From NCBI GenBank assembly GCA_000002445.1, contig CP000066.1, positions 512,001 to 576,000 of the forward strand: 64,000 nucleotides of DNA, given 5' to 3'. A program made the translations under genes and the position numbers. The notes under the pieces are model-generated. The model searched no databases, was not told where the DNA came from, and saw only the letters and a program-made list of their open reading frames with translations. Shown here one piece after another: positions 42,944-51,493 of this stretch; positions within the stretch are counted from its first letter, which is position 1; every line of letters starts with the position of its first letter. This DNA is from Trypanosoma brucei (Eukaryota).

Positions 42944-43519
42944 GCCTCCATTCGGTTTTTTTTTCTTTTTCATGTAGAAAAAAAAAAAGTTGTTGCTGCC
43001 GCCGCTTAAGGGTGCCTCCGACATTTCACACAATAAACAATCAAACGAACAAAAAAAAAAGAGTTTGTTGGCCGCCCTCGCATCCGCCGAAACAAACACA
43101 AAAAAAGGGCATCACGAACGTACGCCACGCTAAACATAAAATGAAAAATTAAACAAAAAAACACAAAGATACTTCCGCTGTAAAACTTCCGGAACTTTCA
43201 ACAACTCAGTGGCCTCAGCTCTCACCGTTATTTTCCCGTTTAATACTTTCCATTTCTCCCCGCTCCCACAACACATGTCATCTTCATCTCCATCTTATCC
43301 TCATCCCATCACTCAGTATAGTTATGCATACATGTACGCATTTGCTCTCCATGCTGCGGGAAGGAAAAGAAAAGAAAAGGAAATGAAAGGAAAGGAAAGG
43401 AAATAAAATAAAGCCCTAAAATCATGCGAAGGGTCGAAAGGGACGAAAGGGGGAAAGGGGGGTGGTTAAGCTCAAAGACACATCGCTGGTACACTGCGGA
43501 AGCACAACGCACAAATACA

Positions 43520-43538
43520 CATATATATATATATATAT
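43520..43538. repeat. (AT)9 microsatellite
   Basis: acatatatatatatatatattaatatatttta. Confidence 0.9.
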
Positions 43539-44357
43539 TAATATATTTTATTTCCCCATTTTTTTCTTTATTCTTCGCAAATATTCATCACCCCTGCATT
43601 TTGATGCCGTGTCGTTGCCTTTACCATCAGTGAGAAGGAAAGTAAAGAAAAATACGAGAAGAAGTGACGCGCCGCAAACTAAAATCAAAAAAACAACTAA
43701 AAAAAGAGGCACAGTACAACACAGCTGCACACAATAAGAGTGCCGAAAGCGGGCACAGCAACGTCGACTGCAAAACTGCAGGGCTGCGTGGTTGAAAAGG
43801 GGAAAGTAATAGTGATGAGTGAGCTGTTGAACAGAAAGGGGAAAAGGTAATCATGATGTTCATAGCCGTCCGAATCGTGCAGGCGCTCCCACCACGCATA
43901 CACGCACACACACATACACACATACGCACGGGCATACGTTGCGCTAATACCTCTTCCTGTAAAATGAACAAAATTAAAAAGAAAGTGTGATCCCGTCCGC
44001 CCTCGCTCACGAACAAATACACTCGCATAAAGTATGTTGGCAACGTAGAGAAACACATTTAGCCGAGTATGTATGCATCCATCCAAGTACATACAGTCCA
44101 ATTAACACAATAGCCATCAAATCAGGTTCACTAAATGATGACGATAACGCGGCCCACGTGCACACAAAAACACACCGCTGTGAGGGAAAAATGTAGAATT
44201 GTGGGAAGAGAAAAATAAACCGCCAGAACAGAGAACAAGAGTAAGATGTATGTTCATATGAAAAGGGTTATGAACGGGTTGACGGATGTGACACGAATTA
44301 CCCGCCCCCACTTAAATCTCGTTGCACACCTCAAGCTGGTGGTACACCGCCTCACCG

Positions 44358-45629
44358 TCAGTAATGCGGAGAGTTTTGTCTCGCTTGTTCCTGCTGTAAG
44401 TGAAGCACCGCATTGTATTGGTCTAATACAGTGTAAACCTCAGATTCCGCGGCGAGAATCTCCAACATGGGAATCAGCTGCTGCAATTCATTGTCGCCAG
44501 GGTCGTCAAACCAAGACGGAATTGGAATTGCATTACGCTGCTGAAATAAGTACGCCACAGGGCTATTGTCAATGATAGCGACACGATCCAGGTCCCGACC
44601 AAGCAATGAGAGGTCCTTCACGTAAGCGCCATTGAGAATACTGCAGTGCTCTCGGTAAAGTCGGAGGGAACCGAGTATATTGTCAGTATCAATTGCATCC
44701 ATCAGTTGGTTGCAATAAACCGAGACGGAGGCGGTGAATATAATGACCTCAAAGAGAGGTGCCACGGCCTGCAAGAATTCACGCATAAAGGGACGAAAAG
44801 CAACATAAACGGTGGTGGATGTGTTCTCCATTCGTACGTCCAGCACTAGATCGTGATGTCGCGACTGACTTGTGAGTGAGCTGTGTACAAGCGTCTCATC
44901 AAGATCTAATATAAGTGTGATCTTGTCACGAAAACGCGGAAGCTGTCGTGGAAGGAGGGATGCATGATTCTTCGCATTCACAGGTGAAGTGTTCTTTGGC
45001 ATCTTTTGTATCCGCCGCACCTGTTCTGAAACGGCATTTTCATAAAGTTTTGCCCTAGCCTGTTTGGTGTTACCACCATCGTCATTGTCACCACTACCGT
45101 TGATGTTGGTGACGTCATCCGTTCTTTCCCCGGGAGGCTCACCCGTATCCCGAATGCTATTGACACACCTATACGCTTCCACTAAGGAGGCCGCCGCACC
45201 TGTTCTAACGCTTTTGGACGCCGGTTCCTGCGCCTGCGTCATAATGATGCTGCTAACTTGTCGGAGTTCCTCCTCACTCTTTTCCCCTCTATGCTTAACA
45301 GGCGGACATGGTGTGCGGTTGCGGCGCGGACGGGCAGCGCTCTCTGGCACTTCAGCCTCAGGGCCTGACCACCGGGCCGAAACGGTGGGTTGCACCCTCG
45401 ACGGCAAAACAACAGGCGTGGAAGCCGCTTTCTCGTTCACAACGCTTTGTGTCGGCGGTGCTACGGAGGAAATTAACGGAGGTGGGGTTGAAGATTGTTT
45501 GGGTAATGCAATTGGCTGCTGTGGCTGAGCCTCCTCCTCTCGCCTACAGTGAGGTTTCTTCGTGCAGTTTCTCACAGTGCTGAGCCTGGCCGAGATGTTT
45601 TGGAAGAATGACATGGCATCGTGGTTCAT
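44358..45629 (-). CDS. FCP1/NIF-family (CTD-small-phosphatase-like) HAD phosphatase with long disordered N-terminal extension
   Basis: DxDxT motif ITLILDLDETLVHSS; downstream FEVIIFTAS, IIDNSP, IPIPSWFDDPGDNELQQLIPMLE typical of NIF domain; N-terminal about 180 aa Pro/Ser-rich. Confidence 0.8.
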   Translation of the reverse strand: MNHDAMSFFQNISARLSTVRNCTKKPHCRREEEAQPQQPIALPKQSSTPPPLISSVAPPTQSVVNEKAASTPVVLPSRVQPTVSARWSGPEAEVPESAARPRRNRTPCPPVKHRGEKSEEELRQVSSIIMTQAQEPASKSVRTGAAASLVEAYRCVNSIRDTGEPPGERTDDVTNINGSGDNDDGGNTKQARAKLYENAVSEQVRRIQKMPKNTSPVNAKNHASLLPRQLPRFRDKITLILDLDETLVHSSLTSQSRHHDLVLDVRMENTSTTVYVAFRPFMREFLQAVAPLFEVIIFTASVSVYCNQLMDAIDTDNILGSLRLYREHCSILNGAYVKDLSLLGRDLDRVAIIDNSPVAYLFQQRNAIPIPSWFDDPGDNELQQLIPMLEILAAESEVYTVLDQYNAVLHLQQEQARQNSPHY

Positions 45630-46217
45630 TTTCTTCTTGTCTATTCACCTCCTCTCCTTTTGTCACTCTTTCCTCCTCGGACTGAGTTCAGTAGATACCA
45701 AAGTCCCCCTCAAGCTGTTCAATTTAAAAAAATAATACCGGGAACGACAGAAACGCGCAGCACCACTTCACACCGTCACCCACCACCACCACCACCACTG
45801 CTTACTAATTTCTTCTCCTCCCTTCCGCACACGCGTTCGCCGTCCTCGTTGTCCCTAAGACCAACCTCAATTAACAGACCTCAAAGGATAAAATATTTGC
45901 TGCTTCTATTCCTTGAACTAACGCTCCAAGTACGTGTCGTTTCGTTGGTGCATTTAAAGAATAAGAAGGAAGATCAATGAAGAAAAGAGAGAAGGTTGTT
46001 TAAAGAAAAACAGGCGATGAAGTGAAGTAATAGTGTGGCAACCTCAATTCTCTTCCGCAATTCCACAAGGGACTGATAAGAAAGACAGTTAATATCTGAG
46101 CGTAAAAAGTCCGTACGGACTGAAACAGTAAGTGCAAATGCACACCACCAGCACCCCCAAGGAGGGCACCCACACCCCCTCACAGTGCAACAAATACGGG
46201 GGAGAGAGGACAATATT

Positions 46218-47216
46218 TCATCCAATAAACGTTTTCTCGCCTGTGTCACGGTCGACGATTACTTGCGTTCGCGTATCAGGCACGACCCGTACCTCGTAAC
46301 GGCCCACGTAACACCGCAGATCCGCAAATACGAGCAACAAATTCACATTCACATTTCGACAACCCACACCACTAACAAAGAAACTCATCTCGATTCCTCT
46401 CACACCCTCTTCCGTCTGTCCCTCCTCTTTCGCAGTCGATAGCGGCCCGCGCAGCACCGTTGCATCAATTAGTGAGCAGTTCACATCCACGGAACCACCA
46501 AGGAGGGGCCCACATACACCTCGAACATCACCTTGAAGTTTGTCGAGATTAGAGATGTATTTATCTTTGAGAGAAGGCACCATCATCTCAACAGCGGTCT
46601 TTGGGGGCCGTTCGAAGAGCCTTTCCACAAATTTCTCAGCGAACGGTATGAAGTCATCAGTTTTCAAGAACTGTAATACATCGGACTTCACTTCCGTGTG
46701 TGGTTCAAAACGGAACGCTGTGACAAAAAAGCGCTTGCTAACCTCAGTCTTCGCGCTACTTTGATTCCGAGGGGCGGCTCCAGTGGTATGTCTCCACTTC
46801 CATGACATGCGACACTTCACCTGCTGTACCTTCTCGAAATCCACCAGTGCGATGATGTGCGCCTCGTCACCGTCATCCTTAACAAGAACGGCATCGCGCA
46901 TGATGTTCGTCACCTTTCCCAGCCGATCGCAAACCCATCGAACCATTGCTCGCACAACACCGCGTTCCACCCTAACCGTCAGCAACTCCGGATGAAACAA
47001 ATTCATGAGCTCCTTATCATAGCCAGCGGTGGCGCCATCAGTTAATACTTCTAAAAAGTGCGCCAACGGCGCCACTACCTCCGGTGGTACTTCACCAATT
47101 CGCTTTATCCGGTAGTAAAGATAGTAAAGTAATACTACAAACCATGGAACAACACTAACGATTATTACGCCCAACGTCGATGACGAGTCGAATAGAAGAC
47201 TATAAATAGCGCTCAT
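46218..47216 (-). CDS. Hypothetical protein (332 aa) with N-terminal signal-anchor/TM segment
   Basis: GVIIVSVVPWFVVLLYYLYY hydrophobic segment at residues 15-35; rest non-repetitive, no motif. Confidence 0.5.
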   Translation of the reverse strand: MSAIYSLLFDSSSTLGVIIVSVVPWFVVLLYYLYYRIKRIGEVPPEVVAPLAHFLEVLTDGATAGYDKELMNLFHPELLTVRVERGVVRAMVRWVCDRLGKVTNIMRDAVLVKDDGDEAHIIALVDFEKVQQVKCRMSWKWRHTTGAAPRNQSSAKTEVSKRFFVTAFRFEPHTEVKSDVLQFLKTDDFIPFAEKFVERLFERPPKTAVEMMVPSLKDKYISNLDKLQGDVRGVCGPLLGGSVDVNCSLIDATVLRGPLSTAKEEGQTEEGVRGIEMSFFVSGVGCRNVNVNLLLVFADLRCYVGRYEVRVVPDTRTQVIVDRDTGEKTFIG

Positions 47217-48388
47217 GTATAATGAGCCTTTGGATAATCCCCTTCACAATGCACCTCAGTCTAAAAGTGTGTAGCAATAGCGAAGCGCATAATAAATCGG
47301 AGCGAGAAGAAATCCTTTTGCAGTGCCCCAACGGAGCACCTTGTGGAAGGGACCTTCCCAAAAGTAGTGCCGTAGTGGAGTACATCTTTGGCACGTTTGG
47401 ATGCAATGTTACCAGTTAAATAACACTCGTGCACAATACAACGCATCAACAGCATCCGATAGTGGCATAGTAAAACGGGGGAAACATTGCAAATGGTCAT
47501 TCCCCACACGGCAGCAGCAAACTCACAGAAGTGTATGTACAATAAAGAGATGAGGCGGGGAGACGATATACGACACGAACAACAAAGGAAGCAACAATCA
47601 TTTCGACGACACCCACCGCTCCAAACCCATGAGCATCCGTTACACCTCACTCCGGTAACTTATGCGGTTCGTTGTTTTCGCGCGCAAACCCATTCGGAAG
47701 GCCTTTGGCACTACATCTATTGCTCGATCGCGTTTCTCCCTCCACATGCGGCTTCACAGGCTTCTCAAAAACAGTCTCCCCTGAGGGACGGCTGCAGTAG
47801 CTTCCCCATCGCACGGTCCGCTGTTGCACATAACCCGTCGACCCCTTCTGCAAAGCCTTCGGTGGCCTGACCGTCCAAGGTGAAAGTGACAGTGCCACGC
47901 AACGCATCAGTCAATCCAAAAAAGAAAAATGGGACGCAACCAAAAAAAAAAAAGATGGCGTTCCGGTGGGATGCGAGCCGTGCAATTTGGTTTGCACAGT
48001 CGCAAGCTATGGTCCGTAACTCGTACTATATTCTTCCCTCCTCCTCTCCCGGGAAACTCTTGGTATCCCGTCCAAATAAATCAACAAAGACACCACAACA
48101 AGGCGAAATAGAAGAAAACAATACACAACAAAAATGTCTCTTGCGTTCTCTGCTCTCTCAGGTTAAACAACAACCAAAGGTGAATGGTAAACGAGTTTAA
48201 GGTACATATACCCGCACTGTTCTTTTTTTTTTTAAAAAAAAGGTAAATCAATATTACAACGTACGGCTATAATCCAAGTGGGGGAAAGCACAGCAACCGA
48301 CTGATAAGCATGTGCGTGGGGCGACCTAACAACAATCACTTCGTGACGGAGCAGCACATCAAAAACATTCCTCGAAGGGAACCTTAGT

Positions 48389-50629
48389 TCACTCACAGGA
48401 CAGACGAAAAATGGCACTTCGCATATCCTCTGGCAACGGAGCGACACATGTGAGGACTTCGGCTGTACGAGGATGGACCACAGTGACAGAAGAGGCGTGC
48501 AAAGCCACACGCTGTAGGAGGGGGGAACAGCAAGCGGCCCCACCATGTTCCACGTCCTGCAATATGGGAAGTCCTACCGCCGCTAAATGCCGACGTATCT
48601 GATGCTTTTTTCCCTGCTGAATCCGGGCCTCCACGAGTGCCACGCGGAAACGCTTATAAAAGTGCACAATACGATACTTGGTTGTTATCTTCGCATCCGC
48701 CGGATCACGCAGGACCCCATTCAGTGGTATATTTGTGAGGTTTGACTCCACAACGGCACAAAGCGCAAGGTATATCTTACTGGACTGTGAATAGGCAGCG
48801 CTAGTCCCCATCTGGTGACGCAGCGACGACGCCGCTACGTCACTTTTTGCCATGATGAGACACCCGCTAGTTTCCGTGTCCAAGCGATGAACCTGGCCTT
48901 GGCGGAAAACGCGCCTCATCACATCCCCACGTTTCTTGCAGGTTAATTGCAATGAAACAATATCTGTTGCTTTATCATCACACAACTGAGAGCAGCTGAG
49001 GGCATGACGCGAAGTCGCCACATGCGGTGGCTTGTTGATGACCAAAAGATCATCATCTTCGTATACAACTGGGAAAATTGGCAGGGGGGATTTTAAGGGA
49101 TCTCCCGCACGCATTGTCTCGGCGGCTCTTACGCATTCGTGTTCGGGGGGAAGTCTCACTACTACACGCATATGGCCCTCCGGTGCGGCACCAATGTCTG
49201 CACACTCTGGTCTCTTCTCCAATAGCGTCCTCCAGTAGGAACAGTGCGGTGCTAGCGCGAGCAACTGCTCCATGACTGACCGGTCGGTCAGCTGCAGAAG
49301 AAAACTAATCTCCGCTGGTCGCTCGAGATCCGAGTGGGACTCACCACACTCTTCAATGAAGTGAGGGAAACTTGAGTGGCTGGGATCCAACTCACCCTCA
49401 CTCAACAACTTGGCATACTGAAGTAACAGGCGGTTGTCTACGAGGTTGCGCTTTGGATCTTTTAAAGCACACGACAATGCCGTGCAGTACACAACAGCTT
49501 CGTCAACATTCGTAGAAACTTCCCTTTCCGCCTGTGTATTTGTTTCACCAGCCCCACCTATGGCAAAGGCAGAGGAAAACCACGGCCGCTCCAGATCAGT
49601 AAGGCACCAGTTGCTCAGGCAGTCGACAGCAACACGGCGTGGAAGCAACCGCTTGCGACAGATCACATCTGTAATAACTTCTGCTCTCTCCAACGGCCAC
49701 ATAGTATCGCTAAGAAATTGGCAACTCCAGCGCTGAATGGCTGCAGCATCTGTTGGGAAAACTATACTGGGGTCAATGTTGAAACGACACGCCACGACAA
49801 TCGATTCGCGCACAGCTGTTCTCTCCTGCACTGCAGAGGCTGTGGCACACGCATCCGGCGCAGGGCTTGTCCTGGAGGTTGCGGTAGCCGTTGCATCTCC
49901 CAAACCCCACAGTCTGTTGCGCAATCGTATGGCCACTTGAGTGGCACATGTCTCTGACGCTGGTGCCACCTCATCCTTTGCTGCAAACCCCTCTAGAAAC
50001 GATAAAACAGCGGCAGGCTTATCAAGCCGTACCAGACGTGCCAGAGCCGTTGCTGCGGCACTCCCAAGTGAGGGGAGTTCCGCATTCATTGCCATGGCGA
50101 GTGCGGCAGCCGGATTAAGTTTAGAAAGTTCCTCCACAACACCGCGGTATTGTGCTATCTCATTATCGGTATACTTACCTCCTTTTTGCAGCAGTTCCTT
50201 GGTAAAGGCTTCCACAAGCTTGAGATCGTGAGCCATTAAACGTCCCTCCACTTTCGAGAGAAACCGTGACTGGCGACTCGCCAGCTCGGCAACCGCAGCA
50301 GCGGCGCTGCGCTTTACAAAAAGCGGCGCGCGCTGTTCCACATTAAACAATGCTTCCGTACCGAAAGTAAGGGACGACGGCGACAATGACGCCGCAGAGA
50401 TCCTCTTAGCCTCCCGTACATGAGCTAACGCTTCGGTTTTAGGGAGTTCACTCAGAACTTGTAATAACGCAGCAGTATGTAGTAGTTGCAACTTCACCCT
50501 TGTGCCTGAGCCGTCGATGAAGGAAGCATCAAGAAAACACGTCGAAACACCGTGTGGGGCGGATAAACCTTCCAATTTCCGAAGGATAGCGGTGGATGAC
50601 CGCCTCACGAGCCCACGAGCGTGATGCAT
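48389..50629 (-). CDS. RluA-family pseudouridine synthase with long N-terminal extension (track ORF runs to 50875)
   Basis: Catalytic motif HRLDTETSGCLIMAKS and GKKHQIRRHLAAVGLPILQD near C-terminus; first 82 codons of track ORF (LPMQIPPLFFFYFLN) look like tract translation; plausible ATG at 50629 (MHHARGLVRRSS, presequence-like). Confidence 0.75.
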   Translation of the reverse strand: MHHARGLVRRSSTAILRKLEGLSAPHGVSTCFLDASFIDGSGTRVKLQLLHTAALLQVLSELPKTEALAHVREAKRISAASLSPSSLTFGTEALFNVEQRAPLFVKRSAAAAVAELASRQSRFLSKVEGRLMAHDLKLVEAFTKELLQKGGKYTDNEIAQYRGVVEELSKLNPAAALAMAMNAELPSLGSAAATALARLVRLDKPAAVLSFLEGFAAKDEVAPASETCATQVAIRLRNRLWGLGDATATATSRTSPAPDACATASAVQERTAVRESIVVACRFNIDPSIVFPTDAAAIQRWSCQFLSDTMWPLERAEVITDVICRKRLLPRRVAVDCLSNWCLTDLERPWFSSAFAIGGAGETNTQAEREVSTNVDEAVVYCTALSCALKDPKRNLVDNRLLLQYAKLLSEGELDPSHSSFPHFIEECGESHSDLERPAEISFLLQLTDRSVMEQLLALAPHCSYWRTLLEKRPECADIGAAPEGHMRVVVRLPPEHECVRAAETMRAGDPLKSPLPIFPVVYEDDDLLVINKPPHVATSRHALSCSQLCDDKATDIVSLQLTCKKRGDVMRRVFRQGQVHRLDTETSGCLIMAKSDVAASSLRHQMGTSAAYSQSSKIYLALCAVVESNLTNIPLNGVLRDPADAKITTKYRIVHFYKRFRVALVEARIQQGKKHQIRRHLAAVGLPILQDVEHGGAACCSPLLQRVALHASSVTVVHPRTAEVLTCVAPLPEDMRSAIFRLSCE

Positions 50630-50639
50630 GCGTGAAAAC

Positions 50640-50800
50640 GAGAAAAGCACACCCTGCAGACCCCTTTTCCGCCACCTCAAATGCTGGGAACATTTCAGCC
50701 CGTTTATTAGGCAATGTTCACGATTTAAAAAATAAAAAAAGAAAAGAGGCGGAATTTGCATTGGTAATGAAGCAGAAAAATCGATGGGCAGAGTTGACGC
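50640..50800 (-). promoter_or_regulatory. Polypyrimidine tract region (minus-strand sense) upstream of pseudouridine synthase start
   Basis: Plus strand aaaaaataaaaaaagaaaagaggcgg ... ggaagggaaggaaacggaaaagg = minus-strand T/C-rich runs preceding the ATG at 50629. Confidence 0.4.
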
Positions 50801-51493
50801 TGGAAGGGAAGGAAACGGAAAAGGCTTTAGAAAGTTGGATCGCAGCAGCACCACCACCTTTTTTTTAACAAACATTGCAAATGAATCGTGGAACCGCTGC
50901 GGCGAAGTTTTTGTCCACTCTCTATCGTTATTGCGCTCAGTTTAAACAATCAGGACAGAGAACGCCCCCCCCCAAAAAAAAAAATGAAGAAAAAAACGGG
51001 GAAACGAATAGAGGGAAAGAAAAATCAACTACAACAGGCAGCGGACGCACAAAAAAAACGTTAGAAATGACGCACTGCACAACAATACCAGCCCTCCCAC
51101 TCTTCACGTATCTTTTCGCCCCTAAAGCATTTAGCCTTTGCGCGACACACCTCGTGAGACACGTTGTTGTTGACCTGTGGCGTAGCAAATGAAGCGAAAT
51201 AAGCCAAATTTTCTAGCTTTTATCAAGCAGATACGGCTTAAAACTAAAGTGGTGTGAGCATATGTTAAAAGGATTTCCTCTTTTTTTTTGGTTCTGTTTT
51301 TTTTTTTTGAAATAAAAAAAAATCGACCAAAGGGGGGAAGAACCGACCACATTGGTCTTCTAGCGAAACCTGGTGGCACCGTCTACGAAAACGAGCTTGA
51401 CTGGTCGGGAGGAGAAAGAGGGGGAAACTATAAATTTTATGTAATCCAAATCCCCTGCATCGAATATCGTCCCCCCACACACACACCTCACCT

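Noticed and set aside
42357-42977. 206-aa plus-strand ORF in the long spacer
   Set aside because: F/L/S/P-rich low-complexity translation of pyrimidine tracts; no protein-like composition
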